A stretch of 64,000 nt of DNA from a candidate division FCPU426 bacterium. GTDB taxonomy: Bacteria; Oederibacteriota; Muellerivitia; Muellerivitales; Muellerivitaceae. Where the stretch lies: positions 22,677 through 86,676 of the forward strand of contig PLZG01000111.1 of NCBI GenBank assembly GCA_003152075.1, read 5' to 3'. Below the pieces are notes generated by a model. That model saw only the letters and a program-made list of their open reading frames with translations. It did no database searches and had not been told where the DNA came from. Both the position numbers and the translations under genes were made by a program. Shown here one piece after another: positions 26,051 through 37,100 of this stretch (position 1 is its first letter; each line of letters begins with the position of its first letter).

Positions 26051-28735
26051 ATGAATGACAAACGTCCCGATCCGGACGCCCTTTTAAACCGGGTTCAAAT
26101 GGAAGCCGCCAAGGAAAAACGGGGGAAGCTGAAGATTTTTTTCGGTGCCTCTCCAGGCGTTGGAAAAACTTATGCCATGCTTGAAGCCGCGCGGGCCAAG
26201 AAGGCCGAAGACTTGGATGTTGTAGTTGGCCTACTGGAAACCCACGGCCGCAAGGAAACCGCTGCCCTCTTAGAGGGATTGGAAATCCTGCCGCCCCAAG
26301 AACTGGATTACCGGGGAACCACCCTGGAGGAGTTCGATATTGACGGGGCTTTGAAACGTAAACCTGGCCTCCTGTTAGTGGACGAGCTGGCTCACACCAA
26401 CGCCCCCGGGGCGCGGCACACCAAGCGCTGGCAGGACGTGCAGGAACTGCTGGACCTGGGCGTCAATGTTTACTCAACCCTCAATGTCCAGCACCTGGAA
26501 AGCTTGAACGATATCGTGGCCCAGATCACGGGCGTCATCGTTCGGGAAACCCTCCCTGATAAGGTCCTAGAGGAGGCTGACGAGGTGGAACTGATCGACC
26601 TTCCCCCCGACGACCTGCTGAAGCGCCTCCAGGAAGGCAAGGTCTACGTGCCCGAGGCGGCCCAAAGGGCCATCCAGAACTTCTTTAGGAAGGGAAACCT
26701 GATCGCCCTGCGGGAAATGGCCCTTCGCACGACCGCCGACCGGGTGAACGATCAGGTCCAGGACTACCGCAAGACCATGGCCATCACCCAGACCTGGGCC
26801 ACGTCGGATCGTCTACTGGTGTGCGTTTCCCCCAGCCCTTCCTCGGCCAACTTGGTGCGGGCCGCCCACCGCATGGCCAAGTCTCTTCGCGCCGACTGGA
26901 TCGCCCTTTACGTGGAAACCCCCGCCCAAATTCGCAAGACCGCCGAGAACCGGGCCCAGGCCATCCGGCACCTGCGCCTTGCCGAACAGCTGGGCGCTGA
27001 AACCGCAACCGTGATCGGAACCGATTTCGCCGAGGAAGTCATGGATTACGCCAAAGAAAGAAACGTCACCAAGATTTTCATCGGCAAACCTCCCTCTTAT
27101 TCCTGGCGCAACCTTTTTTACCGTTCTCCCGTGGACCAGCTCCTTCGCAAAAGCGGGGAGGTCGACGTTTACGCCACCCGGGGAGAGACAGAGGAATCTT
27201 GGAAGGCACGCCCCAAGTCATCAACTCCAGTAACCCAGGACATCGGCTGGCGGGGATATCTCTGGGCGCTCTTCACCGTAGGGCTCTGCACTGGCGTTGC
27301 CTGGCTATTGTTTGCGTTCACCCACGTGGATTTGGCGAACCTCATCATGGTGTACCTGTTGGGAATCCTGGCCGTTTCCTACCGCCAAAGCCTGGGAACC
27401 TCGACCCTAGCTTCTTTCTTAAGCGTGCTGGCCTTCGACTTTTTTTTCGTGCCCCCCCGTTTTTCCTTCGCGGTGGGCGACACCCAATACATCTTCATGT
27501 TCTTCGTCATGCTTCTGGTAGGGCTTTCCATCAGCAACTTGACCGTCCGAATCCGTGATCAGGCCCGCTTTTCCCGCCTGCGGGAACGCCGCACCGCCGC
27601 CCTCTATTCCCTCTCCCGGGAACTGGCCAGCACCTGGGGGACAGCCGAGCTTTTAGACATCGCGGTCAAGCACATATCCGAGGTCTTTGAGTGCTCGGTC
27701 ATCGCCTTTCTGCCTGACGAGAACGGCAGGCTTCAGGTCCAGTGCGGAGCCGTCGCCGACTTCAATTTGACCGCGAAGGAAATGGGCGTGGCCCATTGGG
27801 CTTTTGACCTGGGCCAGACGGCCGGACGGGGCACGGACACCTTGCCGGGCACCGAGGCGCTTTATCTTCCCCTCTTGGCCTCCGGTGAGCCGGTGGGGGC
27901 CCTGGGCGTCAAACCTAAATACCCGGACAAGCTTTTTATCCCGGAGCAATTGCACCTGCTTGAAGCCTTCGCCCATCAAACCGCCCTGGCCGTGGCGGCG
28001 GACAAGCTCCTGCGCAAGCAGCAGCAAACCCAGATGCAGGTGGAAACGGAAAAGCTGAGAAGCTCCCTTTTAAGCTCCGTATCCCACGACCTGCGGACCC
28101 CCCTGGCAGCCATCACGGGCTCCATCAGCAGTCTTTTGGAAAATGGTGAAACCCTTGGTGCCGCTACACGCAAGGACCTCCTCGAGAATGTTTACGACGA
28201 GTCCGAAAGGCTGGAGCGGCTGGTGAACAATCTGCTGGAAATGACCAAATTGGAATCGGGCGCGATCCGGCCGAATAAGGAACTCAATCATCCCGGCGAG
28301 GTCATCGGTTCAGCCATCGCCCGCCTGGAAAAAAAGCTTGAGGGCCGCGCTCTTACCACCCATATCCCCCCGGACCTGCCCCTGGTGCCCATGGACAGCC
28401 TCTTGATCGAGCAGGTCCTGGTCAACCTGCTGGACAATTCCCTCAAATACACCCCGCCTAAGAGTCCTATTGAAATCTCCGCCCGCGGTGGAAAAGGCCA
28501 GCTCGTGGTGGAAGTCGCGGACCGGGGACCCGGATTGCCGGAAGAAGACCTGATCCATCTTTTCGACAAGTTTTACCGCGGCCCCCAGGATGGAAGGACT
28601 AGTGGCGCGGGGCTGGGCCTTTCCATTTGCAAGGGTTTCATTCAAATTCATGGCGGGACCATCACGGCCCAAAACAGGCCAGGCGGCGGCGCCCTTTTCC
28701 GGCTGACCCTACCTTTGGAGTCCAACTATGGTTGA
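26051..28735 (+). CDS. kdpD: Full-length KdpD sensor kinase (KdpD N-domain, USP, 4 TM, GAF, HisKA, HATPase_c)
   Basis: MNDKRPDPDALL..GKLKIFFGASPGVGKTYAML (Walker A), H-box SHDLRTPLA, DRGPGLP. The ORF-track start at 25991 lies in a hairpin, so the ATG at 26051 is preferred. Confidence 0.95.
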   Translation: MNDKRPDPDALLNRVQMEAAKEKRGKLKIFFGASPGVGKTYAMLEAARAKKAEDLDVVVGLLETHGRKETAALLEGLEILPPQELDYRGTTLEEFDIDGALKRKPGLLLVDELAHTNAPGARHTKRWQDVQELLDLGVNVYSTLNVQHLESLNDIVAQITGVIVRETLPDKVLEEADEVELIDLPPDDLLKRLQEGKVYVPEAAQRAIQNFFRKGNLIALREMALRTTADRVNDQVQDYRKTMAITQTWATSDRLLVCVSPSPSSANLVRAAHRMAKSLRADWIALYVETPAQIRKTAENRAQAIRHLRLAEQLGAETATVIGTDFAEEVMDYAKERNVTKIFIGKPPSYSWRNLFYRSPVDQLLRKSGEVDVYATRGETEESWKARPKSSTPVTQDIGWRGYLWALFTVGLCTGVAWLLFAFTHVDLANLIMVYLLGILAVSYRQSLGTSTLASFLSVLAFDFFFVPPRFSFAVGDTQYIFMFFVMLLVGLSISNLTVRIRDQARFSRLRERRTAALYSLSRELASTWGTAELLDIAVKHISEVFECSVIAFLPDENGRLQVQCGAVADFNLTAKEMGVAHWAFDLGQTAGRGTDTLPGTEALYLPLLASGEPVGALGVKPKYPDKLFIPEQLHLLEAFAHQTALAVAADKLLRKQQQTQMQVETEKLRSSLLSSVSHDLRTPLAAITGSISSLLENGETLGAATRKDLLENVYDESERLERLVNNLLEMTKLESGAIRPNKELNHPGEVIGSAIARLEKKLEGRALTTHIPPDLPLVPMDSLLIEQVLVNLLDNSLKYTPPKSPIEISARGGKGQLVVEVADRGPGLPEEDLIHLFDKFYRGPQDGRTSGAGLGLSICKGFIQIHGGTITAQNRPGGGALFRLTLPLESNYG

Positions 28736-29423
28736 CAGCGGATCGGTTTTAATTATTGAGGACGAACTGCCGATCAGGCGCTTTTTAAAACCCTCCCTTC
28801 AAAGCCAGGGCTTCAAGGTTCTGGAAGCGGTCAAGGGTGAGGAAGGCCTGGCCTTGGCCTCCTCCCACAATCCCGATCTCATCCTTTTGGACTTAGGGCT
28901 TCCCGACATGGATGGCCTGGAGGTGGTCAAACGCCTACGGGAATGGAGCAAGACCCCCATCATCGTCATCACGGCCAGGGGAAAGGAACAGGACAAGATC
29001 GCGGGGCTGGACGCGGGGGCTGATGACTACCTGACGAAACCCTTCAGCGTGGGCGAGCTGATGGCCCGCATCCGGGTGGCTTTGCGCCATTCCCAATTGG
29101 TCAAACAGGGGGACCAGGAACCGGTATTTGAAACTCCGGATTTCAAGGTGGACCTGGCGGCCCGGGTCATTACGGTGCGGGGCAAGGAAGTTCACCTGAC
29201 GCCCAACGAGTATAATTTGCTGGCCTTCCTCATCCGTCACGCGGGCAAGGTGGTCACCCAAAAGCAGATATTACAAGAGGTTTGGGGCCCGGCCAGTGGG
29301 GACCAGGTGCAATACCTGCGGATTTACATTTACCAACTGCGCCAAAAGATCGAGGCTGACCCTGACCGACCCCGCTATTTACTTACCGAATCCGGGGTAG
29401 GATACCGGCTCAAAACGGATTAA
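28728..29423 (+). CDS. kdpE: KdpE response regulator
   Basis: ILLDLGLPDMDG, DDYLTKPF and GVGYRL. 8-nt overlap with kdpD. Confidence 0.95.
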   Translation: MVDSGSVLIIEDELPIRRFLKPSLQSQGFKVLEAVKGEEGLALASSHNPDLILLDLGLPDMDGLEVVKRLREWSKTPIIVITARGKEQDKIAGLDAGADDYLTKPFSVGELMARIRVALRHSQLVKQGDQEPVFETPDFKVDLAARVITVRGKEVHLTPNEYNLLAFLIRHAGKVVTQKQILQEVWGPASGDQVQYLRIYIYQLRQKIEADPDRPRYLLTESGVGYRLKTD

Positions 29424-29469
29424 ACTGGCGTCTAAATCAAAGCCATTTCTTACTCGCTAAGGAACCCTT

Positions 29470-30297
29470 ATGTTTAGACGAATTTCCCTAATCGCCTTCT
29501 TCTTTTTATTCCTTAACCCCGCTTTTTCCCAGAACCTCTCCCACTTAAAAGCCGAGTTACTTTGCGAACAAACCTGTGTCCAACCCGGGGGCAGTGTGAC
29601 GGTGGCGGTCCATTTCCGCATGCAAAAGGGCTGGCATGTCTATTGGCAAAACCCGGGTGACTCCGGCCAGGCCCCTTCCATCACCTGGACTCTTCCGGAG
29701 GGCTTCACCGCCGGGGATATCCAATGGCCAGTCCCCCAACGCCTGGTCGCCTCCACCTTGGCCGATTACGGCTATACCAACGACGCGGTTCTACTGGTCC
29801 CCCTCCAAGCCCCGGCCAATCTTAAGCCGGGACACATTGTGCGGCTATCGGCCCGGGTCCACTGGCTGGTCTGCCAAGAAATCTGTATTCCCGGCAGCGC
29901 CCAGATGAACCTGCGCCTGCCCATTCGCAAGAAACCTTCTCCTTATAATTCCCGCTACGCCTCCTTATTTAAGGGTGCCCGCCGGAGCATGCCCATTCCC
30001 CTCCCAGACGACTGGAAAGCTGAGGGATCCCTGGGTGCCAAGGAAATCCATCTTTCTTTTGACACGGGGGCGGCTGTTTCCAAAGCCACGACCGCCCTGT
30101 TCTTTCCGCTCCATCCCAGCCAAATTGACAACGGCGCCAAACAGGTCAGCACCCTATCCGAAAATTCCATTAACCTTTCCCTCAAGAAGTCCGATCAGCT
30201 TTCCGCGGACGTTAAAACCATTGAAGGAGTCTTAGTAACAGAGCAAAAGGGAAGTGGTAAAAAAGGCTACCTTGTTTCAATTTCATTAAACAATTGA
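29470..30297 (+). CDS. Secreted protein with a DsbD N-terminal (DsbC-corrector-type) domain
   Basis: Signal peptide. WHVYWQNPGDSG, WPVPQR and WLVCQEICIPG motifs. Confidence 0.65.
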   Translation: MFRRISLIAFFFLFLNPAFSQNLSHLKAELLCEQTCVQPGGSVTVAVHFRMQKGWHVYWQNPGDSGQAPSITWTLPEGFTAGDIQWPVPQRLVASTLADYGYTNDAVLLVPLQAPANLKPGHIVRLSARVHWLVCQEICIPGSAQMNLRLPIRKKPSPYNSRYASLFKGARRSMPIPLPDDWKAEGSLGAKEIHLSFDTGAAVSKATTALFFPLHPSQIDNGAKQVSTLSENSINLSLKKSDQLSADVKTIEGVLVTEQKGSGKKGYLVSISLNN

Positions 30298-30307
30298 GGA
30301 GAAAAAA

Positions 30308-30931
30308 ATGAAACGGATTCTGACGCTGGTGATGACTCTAATCCTATTTGGTTTCGGATCGCTATCCCATGCGGCCAAGGTGGGAAACCCCGCCCCGGCT
30401 TTCTCGGCGGTCGACAGTCAGGGAAAACCAGTGAAGCTTTCCGATTACAAGGGAAAGTTTGTTGTCTTGGAATGGCATAACCAGGACTGTCCCTTCGTGA
30501 AGGCGCAATACAACAAGGGCAAGATGCAGAACCTCCAGTCCAAATGGACGGCCAAAGGCGTGATCTGGCTGAGGGTGATTTCCTCCGCGCCAGGAAAGGA
30601 AGGTTACCTCATCAGCTCTGAAGTGGAGGAATCCGCAAAGAGGCAAGGGGCCAAAGCTACCGACACCCTTTTGGACCCCGAGGGCGTGGTCGGCCAGGCC
30701 TACGGTGCCAAGACCACTCCCCACATGTTCGTCATCAACCCCAAGGGAACACTGATTTATAATGGTGCCATTGATAACACCCCCCGCGAAGAGGATACCG
30801 TCACTAAGAATGAATCAGGTGAACCCTTCGTCAATTACGTGGACCAGGCCCTTCAGGAATCCATGGTGGAAAAAAAGAAGGTCGCTATCTTTTCCACCCC
30901 ACCCTATGGCTGCGGCGTGAAGTATAAATAA
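30308..30931 (+). CDS. Secreted thioredoxin-fold protein (AhpC/TSA/redoxin-like)
   Basis: Signal peptide. FVVLEWHNQDCPFV, and a C-terminal PPYGCGVKYK typical of this redoxin subgroup. Confidence 0.6.
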   Translation: MKRILTLVMTLILFGFGSLSHAAKVGNPAPAFSAVDSQGKPVKLSDYKGKFVVLEWHNQDCPFVKAQYNKGKMQNLQSKWTAKGVIWLRVISSAPGKEGYLISSEVEESAKRQGAKATDTLLDPEGVVGQAYGAKTTPHMFVINPKGTLIYNGAIDNTPREEDTVTKNESGEPFVNYVDQALQESMVEKKKVAIFSTPPYGCGVKYK

Positions 30932-30962
30932 GTTCTTGAACTAAATTTCATTAGCTAACTGC

Positions 30963-31022
30963 AGCCCACCACAACCCCTTAATTTCTTCATGAAACAAAG
31001 GGGTTGTGGTGGGCTTTTTTAT
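30963..31022 (+). terminator. Rho-independent terminator
   Basis: 18-bp perfect stem AGCCCACCACAACCCCTT / AAGGGGTTGTGGTGGGCT followed by TTTTTTATTT. Confidence 0.85.
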
Positions 31023-31100
31023 TTGACAATTCCCCAAAAGATGAGACAATTTATACGTTAAAACGTAAGGTTAATCGCACATCCCTCTGCTGGAGGATTT

Positions 31101-32198
31101 ATGGCCCTGCGGCCCCTTCAAAAGCAGAGCCTTCTGAAAAAGGCCCTCCGCGAAAAAAAAGTCCTAAGCCAAGAAGTCCTCATGTACCAGCGCCTGATGG
31201 AAGTCATGCGCAACGAGAATTCCTTTGAGGATATTCTCAAGCTTCTGATTACCTCCGTGACTAAGGGTTTGGGTTATGACCGTGCCGGCATCTTCCTCGC
31301 CGATCGGGAAAGGGGTATCGGGCAGCGGATGATCGGCATCGACCGTTACGGTAAGTTCGAGGGCAACTGCGAGGATCTTCCCCTTTCCCCCGTCAAGGGG
31401 ACCCATTGGTTCTCCGACATCGTGCATGGGCACACCAAAGCCTCTTTCACCAACAACCTGCGGGCCAGGATCAAGAAAAAGGATTGGGAGAAGAATATCG
31501 ATCCTGGAGTTTTTTGCAACGCGCTGGCTCCCATTGTAATCGGCAATAACGAGATCATTGGCGTCCTCGCGGTAGACAACCTCTTTACCCGCCGTCGCCT
31601 GAAGAAATCCGACCTACTATCCCTGATGAATTTCGCCACCCAGGCCGGCCTGGTGATCGAGTCCTTCCGCCTACACGAGAAAATCCGAAACTTGACCATC
31701 AAGGACGGGTTAACGGGGGTTTTCAACCGGAGGTATTTCGATAATTTCCTTCCCCGGGAAGTCTTGCGGTGCCGCAGGTACAAGAGATTCTTAAGCCTCC
31801 TTTACGTGGATCTGGATCATTTCAAGAAGGTCAATGATGTCTATGGTCACCTGGCGGGGGATCTGGTCTTAAAACATGTGGCCGACCATTTGGTGAAAGG
31901 ACTTCGAAATGTGGATATGGTAGTGCGCATGGGTGGGGACGAGTTCGCCATCATCCTGCCGGAGGTCGGCCCGGACGGCGCCAAGATGGTGGCCGACAGG
32001 CTTTTCAAGTCTATCATCGAATCCGCCGTTCCTGTGGAAGCGATGCGCCATCGGGGCGAGAAGATCAGCATTAGCATGGGAATGACCTGTTACTCCGAAT
32101 CCATCAGTGATTATAAGGAACTGATGAAACAAGCCGACGAGAGCCTTTACCGCGCCAAAACCTCGGGCCGCAACCGCGTGGGTGACTTGACCGCCTGA
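31101..32198 (+). CDS. GAF-GGDEF diguanylate cyclase (I-site RNVD present)
   Basis: GLTGVFNRRYF, VDLDHFKKVNDVYGH and RNVDMVVRMGGDEFAI. GGAGG upstream. Confidence 0.9.
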   Translation: MALRPLQKQSLLKKALREKKVLSQEVLMYQRLMEVMRNENSFEDILKLLITSVTKGLGYDRAGIFLADRERGIGQRMIGIDRYGKFEGNCEDLPLSPVKGTHWFSDIVHGHTKASFTNNLRARIKKKDWEKNIDPGVFCNALAPIVIGNNEIIGVLAVDNLFTRRRLKKSDLLSLMNFATQAGLVIESFRLHEKIRNLTIKDGLTGVFNRRYFDNFLPREVLRCRRYKRFLSLLYVDLDHFKKVNDVYGHLAGDLVLKHVADHLVKGLRNVDMVVRMGGDEFAIILPEVGPDGAKMVADRLFKSIIESAVPVEAMRHRGEKISISMGMTCYSESISDYKELMKQADESLYRAKTSGRNRVGDLTA

Positions 32199-32235
32199 CA
32201 GATATAAGATAATCCCGGAAAGTGGGAAATCGCCC

Positions 32236-33345
32236 ATGTCAAAACCCCTCCCTCAAAAAACCGACCTTCTCCAAAAAGCTCTGCGGGCCCAGCGAACCCT
32301 AACGCAGGAAGTCCTGATGTATCAGCGGTTGATGGAAGTCATCCGTGAGGACCATAACTTCGAAAACATCCTGAAATTCATCATCACTTCCATCACCAAA
32401 GGCCTGGGTTTCGACCGGGCCGGTATTTTCCTGCCATGCCTTGGCGGCCAAGCCCTGGAGTTGGCCTTGGGGATCAATGACAAGGGAAAATATGAAATGA
32501 ACAACCGTGCTTTTCCCATCGTGGATAGGCCCGGCAAGGACGCCTTTTCGGACATCATGTTTGGGCACAAGAAATACTTCCTATCCAACAATGTCCCCAA
32601 GCGCAGGACCCAAACCGGCAAGTTAAGAAACGTTGATCCGAGGGTGATGAGCCATGCCATCGTGCCCCTGGAAATTGGGGGGGACAAGATTATCGGCCTC
32701 CTGGCCGTGGATAACCTTTTCACCCTGAACCTCCTGAAAAAATCTGACTTGGCTTCACTCATGAATTTCGCCACCCAGGCGGGCTTAGCCATCGAATCCT
32801 TCCGGATTCACGAACAAATCCGTGAATTGACCGTCAGGGACGGGTTGACGGGCGTCTTCAACCGCCGCTACTTTGACGATTTTCTGCTGCGGGAAATCTT
32901 CCGCTGCCGCCGGTACGATCGGGCCTTGAGCCTGCTTTTGGTGGATTTGGATCATTTCAAGGCGGTTAATGATAACTACGGGCACCTTTCCGGAGACGCG
33001 GTCTTGAAATACCTAGCGGGCCGATTGATGAAGGGGGTTCGTGCCGTGGACACGGTGGTGAGGATGGGTGGGGACGAATTTGCCGTGATCATGCCCGAAG
33101 TAGGGATAGAAGGAGTCCAACTCTCGGCGGAACGATTGTACAAGTCGATCAACGAGGCTCCTGCCCTTCCGGTGGAAGCCATGCGCCTCAAGGGCGAAAA
33201 AATCACGGTGAGCATGGGGATCGCCTCCTTTCGCCCATCCATGCAAAGTCACGAAGACCTGGTGAGGCTTGCGGACCAGAGTTTGTACCAGGCCAAAACT
33301 TCAGGCCGTAACCGCATAGGTGAATTGGCCTCCAATAACCAGTAA
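32236..33345 (+). CDS. GAF-GGDEF diguanylate cyclase, tandem paralogue (I-site RAVD)
   Basis: Collinear with the previous gene. RAVDTVVRMGGDEFAV. Confidence 0.9.
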   Translation: MSKPLPQKTDLLQKALRAQRTLTQEVLMYQRLMEVIREDHNFENILKFIITSITKGLGFDRAGIFLPCLGGQALELALGINDKGKYEMNNRAFPIVDRPGKDAFSDIMFGHKKYFLSNNVPKRRTQTGKLRNVDPRVMSHAIVPLEIGGDKIIGLLAVDNLFTLNLLKKSDLASLMNFATQAGLAIESFRIHEQIRELTVRDGLTGVFNRRYFDDFLLREIFRCRRYDRALSLLLVDLDHFKAVNDNYGHLSGDAVLKYLAGRLMKGVRAVDTVVRMGGDEFAVIMPEVGIEGVQLSAERLYKSINEAPALPVEAMRLKGEKITVSMGIASFRPSMQSHEDLVRLADQSLYQAKTSGRNRIGELASNNQ

Positions 33346-33355
33346 GATACCCCCC

Positions 33356-34048
33356 ATGAAAACCCATACCGTCGCTTCCCTCGCCAAGTCCATCGACCAT
33401 TCCCTCTTGAACCCCGTGCTGACCGACCAGGCCATGGTCGAGGGAATCGAGATCGCCAAGAAATACAAAGTAGCCTCGGTTTGCATCAAGCCCTATTTCA
33501 TCTCCATGGCGGCCGAGATATTGAAAGGTTCAGGCGTGGCCGTTGGCGCGGTGATCGGATTTCCCCACGGCGGGCACACAACCTCAATCAAATTCCTCGA
33601 GGCCCAACAGGCCATCCACGACGGGGCCACCGAGCTAGATATGGTGGTTAACATCGGCAAAGTCCTGAGCGGCGATTGGGAGTTTGTGGAGACCGACTTG
33701 AGGGCCGTCGTCAATATCTGCAAGGCCCGGGGCGCCGTCAGCAAGATTATCTTCGAGAACTGTTACTTGGAAGACAAGCACAAGCTGAAGCTCTGCGAGA
33801 TTTCGGAGCGCATCGGGGCCAATTACGTGAAAACCTCAACCGGCTACGGTTCAGGTGGGGCCACCAATGAGGACTTGAAGCTGATGAGGGCCAATGTCGG
33901 GTCCAAGGTCAAGGTGAAAGCCGCTGGGGGCATCCGCACCCTCGACCGCCTGGTAGAAGTGCTGGATCTGGGCGTTTCCCGCGTAGGCGCCACCGCCACC
34001 GTGGCTATCCTGGATGAAGCGGCGAAAAAGTTTGAAAAACCGGCCTGA
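33356..34048 (+). CDS. deoC: Deoxyribose-phosphate aldolase
   Basis: IDHSLL, ELDMVVNIG and YVKTSTGY (Schiff-base Lys) motifs. The ATG at 33356 lies after the upstream stop. Confidence 0.9.
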   Translation: MKTHTVASLAKSIDHSLLNPVLTDQAMVEGIEIAKKYKVASVCIKPYFISMAAEILKGSGVAVGAVIGFPHGGHTTSIKFLEAQQAIHDGATELDMVVNIGKVLSGDWEFVETDLRAVVNICKARGAVSKIIFENCYLEDKHKLKLCEISERIGANYVKTSTGYGSGGATNEDLKLMRANVGSKVKVKAAGGIRTLDRLVEVLDLGVSRVGATATVAILDEAAKKFEKPA

Positions 34049-34190
34049 CAGACGGGCTTTTTAAGCCTCCCGCTATAACCCAACCCAAGTCTTTTTTATG
34101 GAATAAGGGGTAAAATTAAACCTCTATAGTTATGGGCCCGATTCCTTTTTTATGGGATGGCTTTAGATATTTTTCGCCCGGGGATATTCC

Positions 34191-37100
34191 TTGGATTCAA
34201 TTTTTAAACGTTATTTAGCGATTTCCCTGCTCACCACCTTTTCGGTTTTCTTTCCGGCGCAAGCCTTCGCCCTTTCTAACCCGTTAATAGAAGAATCGCC
34301 CCGCCCCGCCAACGCCACTTCAATGCCCTCGGTTAAAAGGGACCGCTTCGTCAAAATTCACGAGGAACAATTCGAATCCCTTCATCCCCGGAACTTTAAA
34401 CCGGGGGTCCGGCCCTCTTTACGGGTCAATTTATTTGACGACGCAGATTACAACCTGATCGCCACCCACTCCGCAATCCGGAACGGGGGGCGAATAGTGG
34501 TGACCGGCCATTTGGAAGGCGTTCCGGGAAGTTTGGCCGTTTTGAGCCATTCCACTGGAGTGGTAACCGGCATACTTTTCATTCCCGGGAAGGGGACCTT
34601 TAAGATCCTGCCTTCTTCCAATGGACTTCACCGGGTCCTGGAAATGGACGAGGAAAATGGTTTTAGTTGCGCCATGGACTCGAAACTTCCCTCGACTTCC
34701 GACCCCCAGGTGCAGGCCAGCCTTCCCCAAGAGGGGATGCCTTACCTTATTCCCCCAAATTACCCGGGGGGCTGCAACTATGCGCAAAACCCCACCGTGG
34801 TGGACCTGATGGTGGTCTACACCCCTTCCGCCCTCGCCTTTATCGGAAGTACCCAGGCCATGGAGTCCCTGATCGACACGGTGGTTTTCTATAACAACAT
34901 GGTTTATTTCAACAGCGGCGTTAACGTCCAACTGAGGCTGGTCTATTCCGGACAGATCGGTTACGCCGAAAGTGGGAGTTTTTACACGGACCTGACGAGA
35001 ATGGGCAACGGCTCCATTCCCGCCATCCAGACCTTGCGAAACACCTATGGGGCCGACTTGGCCGCCATGTGGGTGGCCAATCCGGACCCGGTGATGGGTC
35101 TGGCGAACATGCCGGGTAATTATAGTTGTGAGCACATTTCATTCGCCGAATCCATGATCCACGAGATTGGCCATAACTTCGGCTGCGGCCATGATTTCGC
35201 CAACGGCGGACCAGGGCTTTATTCCTACTCGGCGGGAAACCGCTACACGGTCAATGGCGTCCAATACCGCACCATCATGGCCTACGCCCCCGGGGTCTAC
35301 ACCCCTTACTTCTCCAGCCCCCTGGTCACCTACCTGGGTTCCCCCACCGGCGTGGCCAACCTCACTGATAACGTGCGGACGATCAACCAAACCGCCTCGA
35401 TCATCGCCTCCTCCGAGCCCACCCTCGCCACCCTGCCCACCATCTCCGTCACCGGCCCCACCGACGGGTCGGTTTTCACCGGGCCGCTCAACCTGAACCT
35501 GACGGTCAACGCTTCCAGCGGCGGCTCGATCGTCCAGGTGGATTTTTACGTGGACAGCCAATACCTGGGTTCCACCACCACCTCCCCCTACAGCCTCAAT
35601 TGGCCCCTGGTACCCTCGGGCAGCCACTTCATCACGGCGCACGCGGTGGACAACCAAGGTGCCATGCAATTTTCTTGTCCCGTCAGCATTTACGTGAATC
35701 CCACCCTGCCCAACCCCTGGATCGAGCAGGACATCGGTTGGCTCATGCAAACCACGGTAACGTTCCAGGAATTGAAATACATGGGCCTCTTGGGAAGCGG
35801 CAGTTACTCCGGTGGGGTTTTCACCGTTAACGGGGCCGGGTCGGGTTTGAGCTTGAATTTGGCGGGAAAGGAAGAAGATTCCTTCCAGTTCGTCAATCAG
35901 CCCTTTTGTAATGTCTCCACCTTGACGGCAAGGCTGGCCAGTCTCACGGGCGGGGGAGCCAAAAACGAGGCGGGCTTGATGATCCGCGACAATTCCACGC
36001 CACTTTCCCCCTATGCTTTTGTCGGGGTTGCCAAAAACGGGACCGCTGTTTTCTTCGGGTGGCGTTCCACCGAGGGGGGCAATACCTTGGTCACCCTGGG
36101 TACCCCCTTGGCCATGCCTGTCTGGTTCCAGCTTCAAAGAAATGGAACTACCTTCACGGGCTATGAGTCCACCGACGGGGTCAGCTGGACAAAAGTGGGT
36201 TCGGCGACCATCTCCATGGGTGCCAACGCGGCCGGCGGCTTCGCCGTATCCAGCGCTAATGACGTCTCCCTGGCCACGGCGGTTTTCGACAATGTGACGG
36301 TCACGCTTCCTTGCGTGCCGCCCACCAACACCTTTACCCCCGCGCCCACCTTTACACCCACCCCAACCCCAACTCCAAGTCCTACCCCCAGCCCCACGCC
36401 CACCAACACGCCTTCCTGTGTTGGAATCATCACGACTTACGCGGGAACAGGAGTCGCGGGTTTTGCTGGTGACGGGGGTCCTGCGACCTCAGCGGAACTG
36501 GACCAAAATGAGGGGATCGCGGTGGACGCGGCGGGCAACCTTTATATCGCCGACTCCCAGGGGGTTAGAATCAGGAAGGTCAGCTCCTCAGGGATTATCA
36601 CGACTTACGCGGGAAACGGCAGCTGTTGTTACAGCGGTGATGGCGGTCCCGCCAACGCGGCTTCCATCGGGGTCATTGCCCCTTCCACGGATTGCGCAGG
36701 AAACCTTTACCTGGATAACGCTTATTACAATACCGGCACCGGCACCAATTACGCTTATGTGCGTAAAATTAACACATGCGGAACCATTTCAACCATCGCG
36801 GGAACAGGTCTCAGCGGATATTCGGGTGATGGAGGACCGGCCACGCTTGCCGCAGTAAATTTCCCCTACCAAACCGCCGTGGACAGCCTTGGTAACATTT
36901 ATTTCGCCGATTCCACCAGCGCGGTTGTCCGCAAAATTAATCCGGCGGGAACAATCTCAACGGTCTTAACCCCACCCCTGAGCAACCCTGGCGGGGTAGT
37001 TTTGGACGGCCTGGGGAACCTTTACGTTTCGGATGCGGGCACTGGAAATGTCTTGAAGATCACGCCCTCAGGTTCGGCGGTAACCCTGGCCAACCTGCCC

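Noticed and set aside
35139-36137. Large antisense or out-of-frame ORFs inside strong genes. Examples are 35139..36137, 34431..35135, 21622..22299, 22610..23188, 24454..25044, 51944..53011, 55894..56583, 59640..60419 and 6045..6584.
   Set aside because: Each overlaps a CDS with clear family motifs on the other strand or frame. Their compositions (R/G/P-rich) are typical of GC-rich antisense artefacts.
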